64,000 nucleotides of DNA from Cirrosporium novae-zelandiae (Eukaryota). Shown piece by piece: positions 23,688-37,333 of this stretch (within the stretch, counting starts at the first letter, position 1; every line of letters begins with the position of its first letter). The position numbers and the translations under genes are program-made. The stretch spans positions 372,001 to 436,000 of the forward strand of contig JAPETS010000021.1 in assembly GCA_026023565.1 (NCBI GenBank). The letters run 5' to 3'. A model generated the notes under the pieces. That model searched no databases. It was not told the origin of the DNA and saw nothing but the letters and a program-made list of their open reading frames with translations.

Positions 23688-25322
23688 ATGTTTTTCGAAG
23701 GCAGTCTACAAGATGGTATCAGCCTTGCCGTTCGCGAATCTAAGCTTGTTGTATGCTTTATTAAAGGTGTGACGGACTCTGTCTTGTATTATCAAGCATC
23801 AATGAGAGTAGTTTGCGGGGTATAGCTAACACCAATGCTCTAGATGACTTGGAAGAGAGCAAACGATGGGAAGAAGAATATTTGCAAGATGAAGAGGTTC
23901 GCATTGCTTAATTTCATCTGAGAAAGAGCTGGCTGACAACTTGACTATTTCAAGATAACACCTTCGCTAGAAGAAAGAGCGGTTGTCTTGCCTCTAAAGG
24001 CCCATTCTCAGGAGGCTGGGTTTTTAGCTACATTTGTCCCTGTTGACCAGATACCGACGCTGGTGGTCATTGAGTACGTTATACTCTGTACACTACAACC
24101 AGTGAGTTGATTTATGCTGACTGCCTCTTCTGTATAGAAATGGTCAACTCCGAGAACATATCCTTCCCGGAGCTACAAAAGACGAGTTTGTGCTAAGAGT
24201 TAAGACCGTTATCTCAGTTCGTGCTGCATCTCAATCCACAACTGCAATTCCAACCGATCCATCTCATATAGACTCTCACCCAGCACCTACTGGAGTATCA
24301 ACGAGGGTCCAAGAGATGTTGGCTGAACGAAGAATTCGTCTAGATGCTGATGTAAAGGCCAAGGAAGCCGCAGCGCGACAAGAAAAAGAGGAAAAGGCTA
24401 AGGAAAGGCGGAAGAAGCTGGAGGAGGAAGAAGAAGCGCAGGGAACAGTAGGAAAGCCGTTAACTTATGCACAACAAGTGCGAAAGCAGCGACAAGAAGA
24501 GAAGAAAGAGAGAGAACGAATACTCAAACAAATCGAGAACGATAAGCAAGAAAGGAGGGAAAGAGAGGAACGGAGAAGGGCAGCGGCTCGTGCTGAAGGG
24601 ACTAAGAGTAAGGAGGAAGACAGTACCAATACTGAGCAGAAAAGAGCAACACGCCCAGGAAAGAATTATTCGGAATGTGCAATACAAGTCCGTCTTGTTG
24701 ATGGAGGTAGCATACGCTCACGGTTTTCTGCCGCCTCTAATATTAGCAATGATGTTCGAAAATGGATTGACGAACAACGATCGGATGGAAGTATGCCTTA
24801 TACCCTCAAGCAAATCCTCACCCCGCTGCCAAATCGAACCATCGAACTTGGAGAAGAAGATCAATCCCTTCATGACCTAGGTCTCTGCCCTAACGCTACT
24901 CTTGTCATGGTCCCTGTCAGGCATTTCACTGAAGCCTATAATTCCAATGGGGGCGTTTTCGGGTTGGCTTCAAGAGGAGTTTCGGCTGGGTATAATTTGA
25001 TAAGTGGTGGACTAGGATTGGTTACTAGAAGTCTTCGCACGTTCTTAACTGCCACCCCTCAAAATATGGCCCCATTGGGCGAAGAGCCATCCCGACCAGC
25101 GTCGGGACCTCAGGAAGAAAGACGCAGTGGCACATCTTCTTCTACCGCATCTTCAATTCGAATTAAGACACTACGAGACCAAGAGCCTGAGCGAGATGAC
25201 CGCCAACTTTATAACGGGAATCAAGTATGTTTGCGTAAATGTTCTTTCTTAATCAGAGGACTAATGAAACCTAGCTGAATTTTGAACCAAACAAGGATAA
25301 AAAGGATGGCAAGGAGGATTGA
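23688..25322 (+). CDS. UBX-domain protein (Ubx7/UBXN4-like)
   Basis: N-terminus MFFEGSLQDGISLA (thioredoxin-like), a coiled coil, UBX motif IQVRLVDGGSIRSRF...LGLCPNATLVMVP, and C-terminal LYNGNQLNFE. Confidence 0.85.
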
Positions 25323-25647
25323 TATGAACTTCTGCTAGTACTTATTTCCGTTTTAAAACAGTGGTATTAGCAAGGCGTTGGTTGGGGGTCTCTTTAGTAT
25401 TCGATGGTATGGAGAATTGGACTACACAGTATCATAGGATAGTGTTTCGCGTAGTGGACCCCACTACTGATTACGATATAAATCAGTAAGATAACAGCAA
25501 GAGACTGGTATGATTATGCTGCCACCAGCGCTATGCATTTGATGACGCTAAAATACAAACCTATTCTGACGGGCATGATTTTCTGTTTCAGCTCTAGATA
25601 CTAAATACACGGCATTCATTCTCAGATTGCTCGGGGGCATCCATAAC

Positions 25648-26281
25648 CTAGTACTGACTGGCGGCTGCCTGGCATGCCTTCAGCTGTTCCAAGAACCACG
25701 AACATGTCTGCATGTTCCCATTGTTCTCATCCAAGCACTTTGTGAAGTTCTTCGCATCTATCTCGCAGCTTCGAGCGCCCCAAGTGTTGCTACTAGCATA
25801 GTTATCAGTTGGTTGGGAAGTGGCCGGAGCAGGAGCTGCCTGGTCTTCTGCGGGGGCAGAGCTGGAACCGCCGCTGAAGAGACCGCCTATAGCGTGCCCG
25901 ATGCTGCTTCCAACAGCGACACCGCTATCGAACAAGTAAGTCAGCCATTTTATCATTGCAAGGGCGACTTAACATAAGGCGGCATAGGCAATCACTCCTT
26001 GTAAATGTTCTTGGTTCTGTTTCCTTCTCCCGCAGCCTAGAATGTGGGAAAAGCAGAGCAACTTACGCAGCAGTGCTAGCCATTTGGCCAAACAATCCCG
26101 GACCCTGAGACTGAGTTGGTGCGGCCGGTGGAGGAGCTTGATGCGCGACCGGCGCTGGAGGGTGTGCAGCAGTGGATACGGGACGAGCTGATGCCGGAGC
26201 AGGCGGTGCGACGGTTGGCCGTTTTGGTGCGGCTGCAACTGGGCGAGAGGGAGCGACTGACCCACGGCGTTGACGAGGCAT
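25648..26281 (-). CDS. MIX17: CHCHD2/Mix17 mitochondrial intermembrane-space twin-CX9C protein
   Basis: GPGLFGQMASTAAGVAVGSSIGH and CEIDAKNFTKC...CSWFLEQLKAC. Confidence 0.92.
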
Positions 26282-26727
26282 TTTTATAAGAGTTGAGAGG
26301 ATATTCTTTCGGTCTTAGCTTCAGAGGATTGAGAGGAGTGATGTCGTGAGGAAAATGGAGAATAGAAATTGTTGAGATGGACGAATGGAATAGATTCAAA
26401 TGGATGAACATTCGGGATGCTAGGGGAGGCGGCCTATATTTGCATTTACTCCGATTGGTTCGTTGGCTCTTCAGGTGTAATCACACACCCACCACCAAGA
26501 CGCGATAGTTCTAAGTGAAGAATTTTACGTCTGAGGAATGTAAAGTAATCAAAAAGTTGAAAGCCATATATTAAACGTGTTTTCTATCTCAAACGCCACC
26601 AACTTGATAAAATACGTAGAGGGTATTAGCCATGTTAGCGTGGGGCAAACCGAGCAAGTGAAAATCACGGGGCCAACCACTTCTCCCATCTTGAATAAGG
26701 AATAACCTTGAGTAATACGACCGTCCT

Positions 26728-27494
26728 TCACTTCATTTCCCGCTTCCTACGCTTTGTTTGTTTTGAGCTTTGCTCAGATGAATCTTCTTCGGGCTGCTTC
26801 TTATTTTTCGAACTCATCCTACGCTTCTTTTTGTGAACTCCCCTAGACCCATAGGCCGACGTACCAAGGCGAGATTCTAAGGAGTTTTCTGGTAAATGGT
26901 GCGATAATATACCAGGAGCTTCGGAACCCGAGTTAGCAGAGGTCGAGTCGCTTGAATTCTCATTGGAGGAATCGTCTTTATTTTCTCTCTTGTGCTTCTT
27001 CGAGAGCTGTTGAAATTTCTGTTGGGCTTGTTTCTTTTCTTTTGCCTGTTGCTCTAGACGTTGGAAATCTATTCTCTTATTATCTGAAATAGCATGGTTG
27101 ATGATTCTTTTGGCTGCTTCCTTGTTGACACTGAGGGTTTCGCGTTTAGTATCCCCATTTCCATGCTCAGCAGCTTTAATCTTTTCGAAATATTGCTTCA
27201 CTCGAGTAAGCTCTCGGAATATTGGATGTTCTTTCGCATTAACACCTTGTAAGCGAATGAAAGCTATATTGAGTCAGTCATATATAATCACAGTGATGAT
27301 TAATTATACATACAAAAAAGGATAGACTCGATGGTGTAGGTCATTGTGACGAAGAGTTTCGCTTTGTCGAGTAAAGGAAGCTTAGAGCTAAGATCTGTCA
27401 ATGCATTCTGGAGCATAGGTTTCAAGGAGTCTTCCAGGTTATCAATATCATCATCAAGTTGATCCAACAAGCTTAAGGTATTCTCCACCTCCAT
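26728..27494 (-). CDS. RRP47: Exosome cofactor Rrp47/Lrp1 (C1D/Sas10 domain)
   Basis: LPLLDKAKLFVTMTYTIESILF..IRLQGVNAKEHPIFRELTRVKQYFEKIK, followed by a basic tail. Confidence 0.85.
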
Positions 27495-27890
27495 GTTTAT
27501 GAGAGATGCCGTAGGCGAAGACCTCTGGACACTTAGAAGTTGTTCCTTTCAAGTGGGAAAATTTAGATTTAGAATATGAGGATGAGATCTCCAGAAAGCA
27601 TTTGGCGATGGATATACCAGGAATTTAAATCTTTATGGATCAGTCAATTGTAGAAGTCGAGGGTGATAGAATTATGGAAGAAGAGACAAGAATTGTTTTC
27701 CATCATAGAAAAGTTCTAGTCTTAGAAAGTGGCTGTTATCGGCACACCCTACCCTCAAAGCTGCTTCACACGAAAGACCTACAAATGAAAGTCTACGAGT
27801 TCACACCCTTCTCCTCACTCTTCCAAATTTGTACATAACCCTTTTTCCTCTTGAACTCGAATAGGCAACAATGATAATTCCTAGGATCCC

Positions 27891-29384
27891 ATGACATTTT
27901 TTTCGGGTACAAGCGTCAATCTGCTTCGAATCAAATCGCCTCGTCCGCTTTTGCGGGTGCTGGGCCAAATTCAACCACGACATCCAAGATGTTTTAATGA
28001 AAACCCCCACTCAACCAATGTAACCGTAAGGGCCTTTTCCACTACGGATTCAGCCCTTTCCTGGTGGGCACCAAAGGTTCCAGCTGACGAGAACATTGAT
28101 CCTGAGCCCTCTTTCAGTGACGGAGATGCCAATCTTACCAAGCCAGATATCCTGCATACCAACTATGTACCAAGAAGGATTCATATATTGGGAATTGGAA
28201 ATGTTGGAACATTTGTCGCTCATGCCCTAGCTGGTATTCCTAACCGTCCGCCTATAACATTGCTTTTGCATCGACAAGTTTCCCTCCATCAATGGAACCA
28301 ATCTAATCAGTCTCTCGAACTCGTTACCCGTGGCCTTTCAGAATTCAGGTCAGGCTTTGAGGTCGAACTAAATGAGTGGAGAGATACCGAAGATCGCTCC
28401 CCAGAAAACATAGCACAAAATGATATTTGGGAATACAAGGATTCCAATTCTGACGCAGATACAATTGGGCTCTCGGAACTAAATCTGAACGATAAACAAG
28501 AGCCGATTTACAATCTCATAGTAGCAGTATCAACGCCCTTTACAGTCCGAGCCCTCCGCCCTTACAAGGATAGACTGGGTCCTCAATCTACAATCTTGTT
28601 TCTCCAAAATGGAATGGGCGTGCAGGATGAAGTAAACAAGGAACTTTTCCCAGACATTAAGACTCGTCCTAAGTACATGCTGGGGATAATCACTCATGGC
28701 CTCGCTGGCCGTCGACGGTACTCGGTAATTCAGCATGGCTTTGGAACCATGGCAGTAGGTCTTGTACCAAATTACCCGCTACAGTATTTACACAAGCCAG
28801 AGCTTGATGCTGAATCAATTTTAAAAAAGCGACTCCCATCGTGGACTCCTGTCTCCTCTCGTTACCTTCTGCGAACTTTGACACGGACACCATCTCTAGT
28901 CGCGGCTGGCTTTGCGCCGACTGATCTTGTTCAGCAGCAACTAGAGAAACTAGCCGTTAATTGCATTATAAACCCGCTAACCACTTTATTCGATTGCACC
29001 AATGGAGAACTTCTTTACGATTATAGTATTACGCGGGTCATGCGACTTCTCCTGGCCGAAATATCTCTTGTCGTCCGCTCTTTGCCAGAGTTGCAAGGTT
29101 TGCCAAATGTCAACATACGGTTTTCCCCCGAACGCCTAGAAACAGTAGTGGTCAGCGTTGCGGCAAATACGGCTCAAAACCATAGCTCGATGCTACAAGC
29201 TGTTCGGAGAGGCAAACAAACCGAGGTCAATTACATCAACGGATACATCGTACGTCGCGGCGAAGAGCTTGGAATTAAATGTGTTATGAACTATATGATC
29301 CAGCATATGGTACATGGTAAATCACGCCAACAAAGCAAGAGGATTGCAAGTGATATGCCTATCGAGGGTTACAACGACCCTTAG
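27891..29384 (+). CDS. Ketopantoate (2-dehydropantoate) reductase-family protein, probably mitochondrial (PanE/Cbs2-like)
   Basis: IHILGIGNVG Rossmann motif, LFLQNGMG, EKLAVNCIINPLT and NHSSMLQAVRRGKQTEVNYINGYIV. Confidence 0.88.
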   Translation: MTFFSGTSVNLLRIKSPRPLLRVLGQIQPRHPRCFNENPHSTNVTVRAFSTTDSALSWWAPKVPADENIDPEPSFSDGDANLTKPDILHTNYVPRRIHILGIGNVGTFVAHALAGIPNRPPITLLLHRQVSLHQWNQSNQSLELVTRGLSEFRSGFEVELNEWRDTEDRSPENIAQNDIWEYKDSNSDADTIGLSELNLNDKQEPIYNLIVAVSTPFTVRALRPYKDRLGPQSTILFLQNGMGVQDEVNKELFPDIKTRPKYMLGIITHGLAGRRRYSVIQHGFGTMAVGLVPNYPLQYLHKPELDAESILKKRLPSWTPVSSRYLLRTLTRTPSLVAAGFAPTDLVQQQLEKLAVNCIINPLTTLFDCTNGELLYDYSITRVMRLLLAEISLVVRSLPELQGLPNVNIRFSPERLETVVVSVAANTAQNHSSMLQAVRRGKQTEVNYINGYIVRRGEELGIKCVMNYMIQHMVHGKSRQQSKRIASDMPIEGYNDP

Positions 29385-29593
29385 GCATCAGACTCTACTG
29401 CCTACTAAGCTTAAGATATTAATATACTCGGCTTGGGTTTGAACAAGAGGCAGTGATGTTAAACCTTGTCGGTATCCGACCTCCAACTCAGTATTTTGCT
29501 AGCTTATGATTGGATTAAAACACTTGCTCTGTTTGGCAAATTTCGACGTAATTATATACGAGCAAGGAATACTAGATTTCAGGCATCGTCCCA

Positions 29594-31297
29594 TTACTTT
29601 TCATTTTGCTCGGCGAAGGAAAGCATATCCATTGTCACTCCGCCTGTTTGTGATGATGATGATGATGATGCAGAATACTCACATTCCGCAGATTCCAGTA
29701 GAACTTGAATTTGCTCCCATCTCTTCTTCAGCATAGTGAGCATGTGAAATGGAATATTTTTAGCTGATTTCTCAAGCTTCTTGAGAGCGTCGGAAGTCTC
29801 TAATCGGTATATATCTATCAACATGCGAATATGCCCATCTACAACTTGAGCTTCTTCTTCTCCTGTGTCTTCCCCTCGAATAAATTTTTTCCAACGTGAG
29901 GGGCTCCGACATCGTAGGCGCATAGCCACCTGAGTCCGATAGCATGCCCCATCTTTCGTCAGGACATAATTCCTATGTAGATTCATTAGCCATCTATGCT
30001 ATTAGAATTTGTAATCGAGGGGGTAATTCCCATATTATGCTGAGACTCCGAGGAGCGTTCAGTTATAGGGTTTGTGGAAGAGGAAGGAGGCTATCTGCTA
30101 GATGTCTTGGTAGCTTACCCAAGGTAGTTATGCTCCTCAAGGAGTTGACGGTCGGATTCACTCAGCATGGCCAATATTATGTCATCTAGATAAACTAAAT
30201 CCCATTTATTATTTTTCAGGATAAATCCATCTATTAGATATAAGCATACTATCCAGACTCCATTCGCCTCTAGTGTCTTACATTCTGTCCAGAGAAAATC
30301 ATTGTCATGACATCCGTAAGATACAAATAGCTCCTGTCCTGACTCTATTCACGTTACAATTAATCCAAAAAATATTTAAGGGCTTCAGTTAGTGTTACCT
30401 ACCATAATCTCGATCAGCGGTCATTGTAAATCCATCCTCCCCGAATGTAACTTGACACTATTACTATGTTAGTATTATTGCCGAGCAGTGAATGGAACAA
30501 CTCACGCCTTCATCAGCATGGTTGAAATAATCTGCGAAGGGGCAGAGAGCCATACAATCATCTCGATTTCGCACAGTATCATTTACCTCCCAATAGAATG
30601 TTCGCGTATTAACAAGGAGCCAGTAATAGGTATAGTCATCAAAGTTCGCATTTGGGAAAACCTTTCTAATGGTTGCAAAATCTTTTAAGAGCTTTCTTCT
30701 CTGTCGAACGAGATGGCCGGCGTTTGCCCTCCCTTTTCGGTTATAGCTAGGAAATTGACCCCAGCATCCTGATATTGAAGGCGGAAGGAAGCAGAGGTCC
30801 TGCTGGTCTTCGTCCTCCAATATATTGGAACCGCCCAGTGCTTTTCTCTTGCGAGGAAGAAGCTCAGCTGGTGTTTGAAGCCAGAGGATAGGCATTATCT
30901 CACGAAAATCCGCTAGGGACGGCCATACAGCTTGCCAACAGTGATACGATTCCAGAATCTCTGCTGGAGCCAGGTGAAGAAAAGCAGCTAACAGGCCATG
31001 AACAGTGATGTCATCGGAAAACTGTGCGGAGAATGATGTAGGTATGGAATCTATTGTAAGTAAAGCTGTCGCGGGAACATGGACAAGAACATCTCCGGCC
31101 TACGTTGGAAATTAGTTACTTTTACTAATAGAAGAGAATTGAACCATCTCCCCAACTTTTATGCGGTATTTGGAACATATGCCGATGCCTCTGCCAGTGA
31201 ACCTGGCTGGACCAACATTATGGATTTCCACACCTCGCTCTTGTGCCCATTGGCAGAAGACATCATGTGTGGGACCAGGAGGTGCAGCATCAGACAT
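29594..31297 (-). CDS. SET-domain lysine methyltransferase (ribosomal Rkm/Set11-like), multi-exon
   Basis: Motifs GRGIGI, WLLVNTRTFY, MALCPFADYFNH and spliced SYGCHDNDFLWTEYGF. Confidence 0.85.
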
Positions 31298-31653
31298 GTT
31301 GTATGATGAGTTGATGAATGAAAAAATTAGAGTGTCAGTGCCGTTCAAGGGTTAGTTGTATTGGCACGAACATTTTATCAACTAGTAGGATTGCCACGGT
31401 AATTAGAGTACATTAAAAAAATAGTACCAAAAAAGTAAATTGACGATAGATGGTCGTGGGGATAAGCTCATCGGGTTATTCATTGGGCAATTGGCACGGA
31501 TCACATTAGTCTTGATCTTCTTACCCTCGTGTGACCCGAACCCTCCGTGCTTTCAAAACCGTTCAGTACCACTAACGGGAGAAGCTGAACGAAACTGTAC
31601 CTCCTTATCCTATCCTTTAAAAATTTCAGACTATGCTCTCTCTTTCATAGATC

Positions 31654-32569
31654 ATGTTTACCGTCTCGAGACAATTACCACCAGTACTCAATTGCTCACG
31701 GCGAGGGCTTCCTTTACTCTACACCTGTGTCCGGCAGTTTTCCGTTCTTAATAGACCTCCACCGAACTATGAAGGTCATGTTCCTCTCACCCCTATCGAG
31801 CGAGTGGGCCTTGCGATAGGATCCTCGTTGGCGGCTTTAATCAATCCACGAAGAGGAGGTACAGTATATGTTGCCCATACAGTTCCCTTTACTTACTGAA
31901 AGTATAGACCTGATCGCCGTATGTGGTGAAGCTACTGCAGTTCCATATTTTATTTATCGACTTCGAAATGCTATGCTCTCTGATCCGACCGGTAGAAGGA
32001 TTCTACGAGACCGACCTCGGATCACTTCAAGAAATATGCCCATAGAGAAATTACGCAACCTTCCTGAAAATAGCGTCGGTAGAACTTATGCTACCTGGCT
32101 CGAACGTGAAGGCGTCTCCCCCGATACTCGGTTGCCTGTACGGTATATTGATGATGAAGAATGCGCGTACGTCATGCAGCGGTACAGGGAATGTCATGAC
32201 TTCTATCACGCGATTGTTGGTCTTCCTATCTTTTTGGAAGGAGAAGTTGCAGTCAAGGCATTCGAATTCGCCAATACTCTGCTACCGATGGCTGGTGGGG
32301 CTATGTTGGCAGCTTTCAAGCTTCCAACTGCTGGACGCAAGCGTTTCTGGAACACCTATTTGCCATGGGCTCTGAAGAATGGGTTCCAATCAAAGGAATT
32401 GATTAATGTGTACTGGGAGGAGGAATTGGCGAGAGACGTAGATGACTTGAGGGCAGAACTGGGAATTGAACGTCCACCGGATCTTAGGGACATACGAAAC
32501 CACATGAAAGAGCAACGAAAAGCTGCAAAGGAGGCTAGGGCAGGGTCGGAGGGACAGGATTATGTTTAA
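31654..32569 (+). CDS. COQ4: Ubiquinone biosynthesis protein Coq4
   Basis: [20 protein letters not shown] and [14 protein letters not shown]...[11 protein letters not shown] (HDxxH-x11-E). Confidence 0.95.
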
Positions 32570-32760
32570 AACGTTTGTAATACCAGGGTGGGACACTCGT
32601 CTTCAATCTTAAATGACATCAAAAGGAGTACACAAGGGATTAGGCAATCAATAGGTTTTTGGCATCGGCTCATAATTTCGTGAACATAGAAAATGACTTG
32701 TCCGTAAAACGCCTGGCCTATCGGACGCACTATCATCTCTCAGACCAATATCTAACTCAT

Positions 32761-33331
32761 TCACAAGTCCAGCAAGTCATCGTCGTCATCATCCCAACCT
32801 CCCTTTCTCCTGCTGATGACAATTTTCGCTTCTTCTTGGTGATCCGCAACTGCATTTAAAAGCTGTTTCAGTTGATCCTCTGTAACCTTCTGTCGTAACT
32901 GTCCCGTACGTGCCATCATAATCAACCTGTTCTCTATATCTATAGCCCTGGACTCTTTCACCATGCGTATCCGTCCCAGTCGGTCGGCTGCATCGGGCAG
33001 CAAGATCTGCGAGAGCATAGTTTGACGAGCTTCGGCTATAAGATGTGAGACCTTAGGCATAGGATGTGGTGGTGCAGAGTATTACCTTCTTGCTGTCTAT
33101 CGCACTGTCAACATCTGTAAATATCGTTGACCGGATAGTTTTGAAACCTACTTCCTATTGTCTTCTTGGGGAGCTCCTCCCTCACCCAGGCCACCTGCCT
33201 GGCCCTGCAGTTGAGCCAGGCGAGCTTTCCTGATCTATAAGCGGGGTTAGTAATGGTCACGTCAATATTGGGACTTGGAGATTCCGTTAGAGGCGTGGGC
33301 AAATGACCTCTTCTAAGTCGGCGTCTGACAT
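32761..33331 (-). CDS. PDCD5/Sdd2 dsDNA-binding-domain protein, multi-exon
   Basis: Spliced MSDADLEEIRKARLAQLQ...MLSQILLPDAADRLGRIRMVKESRAIDIENRLI...DDDDDDLLDL. Confidence 0.9.
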
Positions 33332-33858
33332 GGGGCACTGTGCTACACTGTGAACGTGCTTGTAGGTAGGTGGATTTCGAATGATTTGGCGATTAAGATA
33401 GAAGAAGAGCTGCGTAGGTACGTAGGTACGTAGGATGTTACAAGAGGCGGGGAAAGGTTCAAGGATCGCTGGTTAGGATTCTAATTTCTACCGTGTACTT
33501 GCCTAAGGCGATAAGGGATGAGGTTGAGCTCTATCGTTTTTAGATTAGGTGTGCAATTTCGTAAGCATTATCCAGGGGATTCTACCTCTACATAAGTTAA
33601 GTAGTAAAACTAATTAATGACTTGTTATACAAAGAGGGTTAAATTTCATCTTTCCTGGTGTGTAATCTTACCCAAAGTACTTTTCGGGATCACTTTGATC
33701 ACCATGAGCACTTTGAGCACTCCGAACACTTGTGGGTTCACCAAGGGTTGCCCTAGCCATTCGGCTGGACAAATTGCCGATCCGCTGCTTGCAGGCGCCC
33801 GAGGGGCTATCCGAAGAACCCAAGACCCTATGAGGAGTGATCACGGACCAGCAATTCT

Positions 33859-33890
33859 CATCAATTCCCATCAATTCCCATCAATTCCCA
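33859..33890 (+). repeat. Short tandem repeat (CATCAATTCC)x3
   Basis: Directly visible in the SEC2 upstream region. Confidence 0.8.
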
Positions 33891-34457
33891 GGCAAATAGG
33901 GCAAATAGACAAACCCCCCCCAGGCGGTTCCCAGCACGAGCTCTTTGCTGACGACCTTTCAACTTCATCATCTTTCTCCATTAGTCGCCCTTGGGCCCCC
34001 CAGTTCCAGGAACCATCCAACTCAACTAAACTGCATGCCGCTGCCATTTTACCATTTCACCATTTCACATATTACTTTTTCCAATTCCCAATTCTCAATT
34101 CCTCGAGCATAGTACTCGTTCTAATTAGTTTCATCATATTCCTTCCTTCTTTCTTTCTCTCTTTACCCTTTGCGATTGACCCGCATATAATTCCCCTAGT
34201 CACATCTTCCATCACCTCCACCATTGGATATATACAGTATACCTCATTGCTGTTGCCATCCATGATATCGCTCGTTTGAAATTGGTGAATTAATTATGGC
34301 ATAAGTCGGTCTTAATTGCAGTTTTTTTGAATGCCTTCTCTTCGGAATTATCCTATCGCTTTGCACGTTCCCGTCCTCATAATCTCCATCCATCAGTTGT
34401 GGCTACCGTTATCAACTTCATTTAGAACATAGCCATCTACGGTGGCTAATCGTCAAG

Positions 34458-36673
34458 CTGGCGGAGTAAGAACCTCTTTCTCTATATTGAAGTCGCCTTA
34501 GCAATTTAATGCTATCTTTAAAGGCGCATAATTACATATATACAAGAAGTCTAACGGCATTTCCGAATAGTCATTCAGCCTGGGTCTGGAGCCATCACGG
34601 CCTCCTAGTCTCACCCCATTCAATCGCCCAGCATCTTTCACGGCCATCTTCACGACCATCGACACCAAGGTCAGCATCTGCTCAACCATCCATTAGCCGA
34701 ACAAGGTCAATCCCAAATTTTTCTAGCATGGCTGCCGTTGCTGCTCTTCCGCGACGCGATGATGGTCATCTTTCGCCTTCGTCGGAAATGCTAAATACTA
34801 TACCGGATCCGCGGAATATGAGTACACCGTCCATTATCGCAAAGCCTGGTTCATCATCTTCACATCATCCTGATCTTAGCAATGAAGTTGCCGCTCTTAG
34901 TAATAAATTGATTAATGCTATTAATCATCAAACCGCCCTGGACGATAATCTTGCTGCGGCACGACAAGAATTAGAGAATGCAAGGGGTCAGATACGCCGA
35001 TTGGAGCAAGCAGAACGAGAGCATGCAGAACTTATTGCAACCGGCGCTTTACTTCGCAGGGAGGATGTAGATGAGGAACGATCGATATGGAAAGCTGAGC
35101 TCGCTGAGGAGAAGGAACAGAAATCTATTATAGCAAGGGATAAGAAGAAAATAGACCAAGAGTTGGAAACCCTTACGGCGGCTCTATTTGAAGAAGCGAA
35201 CCAAGTAAGTTCATATGTAGCTTATAACCTTCTGCCCACGTCTAACTGTGTTAGATGGTTGCAGCTGAACGCAAAGAACGTGATAAAGTGGACCGGAAAA
35301 ACGACCAATTAAAATCACAGATAAAAGATATGGAAACTCTCCTTACTTCACATCAGGAACAACTAGCAGAGCTAAAAGCGGTTATGCAACAAATGAACGT
35401 TGATCGTGACGAAACCGAGAATACAACAACTACCTCAACCGCACCCTCGACACCCGCTTTCCCAAGCCAGGACAAGGACAATATGTCCAGATTCCTCGAT
35501 GCTCTTAACCTATCTCCAAATACCCCCGGAGCATATGATATTCCGCCCGCACCTCCAACTTCCTTCTCTCATTTATTACATCCAATATTACGGACAGACA
35601 CTCAAGCATATGATGAATTCCGCTCTCTACTTCAGCTTTCCCGCACTTCCGCTCCTCCTAGCCGAGTATCTAGCGGTTCATATAGTGGGCTTAATGTCAT
35701 GAGTTTGGCCGGCTTTGGTCATAATAAATCTTCCAGCAATCCTCCTTCGAATGCGTCAAGCATTTCTCTTGCCACAGCTGTGGGCCTTGGCTCGTCGCGT
35801 TCAACACCAAGCTCTCCGAACGCTAATAACAGCAAAGAAAATTCAGGGGTATCTGCACCCCTTAAAGACACCCAGTTTTACAAGAGAGCAATCGTGGAGG
35901 ACGTTGAGCCAACATTGAGGTTAGAACTGTCTCCAGGCCTCTCCTGGCTTGCGAGGCGAGCTGTTATCAGTAGTATTGGTGAGGGGAACTTGGTTGTAGA
36001 GCCTATGCCTCCATCGCTGAAGAAATATCACTTCTCGTGTGGCCTCTGTGGAGAATATCGGAAAGGCGAAGACTATGAACGTGCCCATCGTATTCGGACA
36101 AACGAAACTGATAGCGCCTCTCGTTATCCCCTTTGCCCATTCTGTCTAAATAGAGTCCGCGCTACCTGTGACTATATGGGCTTTCTCAGAATGATTCGAG
36201 ATGGACATTGGCGTACTGATGGTGCTGGCGGCGAGAAGGCGGCTTGGGAAGAAAGTGTGCGATTACGAGAACGCATGTTTTGGGCCCGTATTGGTGGTGG
36301 GGTTGTGCCTGCGTTTCTTCAGGGAAAGGAATCCCCGAGGAACTCGACGACTGATGATGACAAGCATACTCATGAAGTGCAGAGGATATCTCCTAACGAA
36401 CCTTCGCTCAATGGAGAACGATCGTCGTCAAGTGAAAATATCGATCCGTTTAAGTCTAATGAAAAAAGAGCCTCGATTGGCAACACGGTCATCTCGAAAA
36501 AAGAGATGGCAAGGACATTAAATCCTCGAATTACGGATGCGAGCAATGTTGTCGGTGACGACCCCTCAACTGAGCAACTAAAAAGCAACTTGCGGGATTC
36601 TCTCAAATCGAATATCTCGGAACGAAGGGTGTCCCTCAACAGTGATAAGGGATTGTCCATCACGATTCCTTGA
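34458..36673 (+). CDS. SEC2: Rab GEF Sec2; first ATG at 34728, proposed CTG start at 34458
   Basis: HPDLSNEVAALSNKLINAINHQTALDD, ELETLTAALFEEANQMVAAE (Sec2 coiled coil), EDVEPTLRL, and a Cys cluster CGLCGE...CPFC. Confidence 0.9.
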
Positions 36674-37333
36674 GATGGCGAGTTGGTTCGATTCAAAGTC
36701 AATAGACAGTTAGCGGTTAGTCAAACGCCTTAATTGCTAGGGCTATCATATTTGTTTTTAAACACACCATATTTGTCGAGCTCAATGCTTTGATGAATGA
36801 TTTCCATGATCATTCTATAGGAAATTATGTACAATAGTTCTATGTTATTCTCAATTAAGTGAAAATTAATATTAGAAAGATGTTATTCAGATCCATATCA
36901 TTATTAGTGTGGTAATGTAAAGTATTGTTCCGTATCAAAAGTAGTGGGTACCTAGTGGTAGGATGGGAGGTAGGCCCTCACCAAAAGTTACGTATGCACG
37001 CCAAGACCGAAAGCTTCAAGCATTGCGGGAACGAGATCTGGCCTATTTCTCCTTGAAGCCAAATATAGACTATCGTCTCTAGTTAACCATCTCCTTTGCG
37101 CACATTGTCTAGAATTGTACTTCCATACCTTTGGTTCATTCTTGGGTTTACTTACCCAGGAAGGAGAAATGATCAATTTCCCAGTCACTCGTTCCTCGAA
37201 CCTACGAACATAGCGTTCGACCTTCCTTTATCAACTACGTTCCACTTCGCAGTGCGTCTGCTGTTTCTCGACCTTTCCGTTATCCCTTCAACAATTTAAC
37301 CCACCCTCTCTTCTCGTTCTCTTAGCCATCACA

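Noticed and set aside
29651..29670. (GAT)n tract
   Set aside because: It is a simple microsatellite encoding poly-Ser at the SET protein C-terminus.
33617..34279. 220-aa ORF upstream of SEC2
   Set aside because: No recognisable domain; it arises from pyrimidine-rich promoter/UTR sequence and a tandem repeat.
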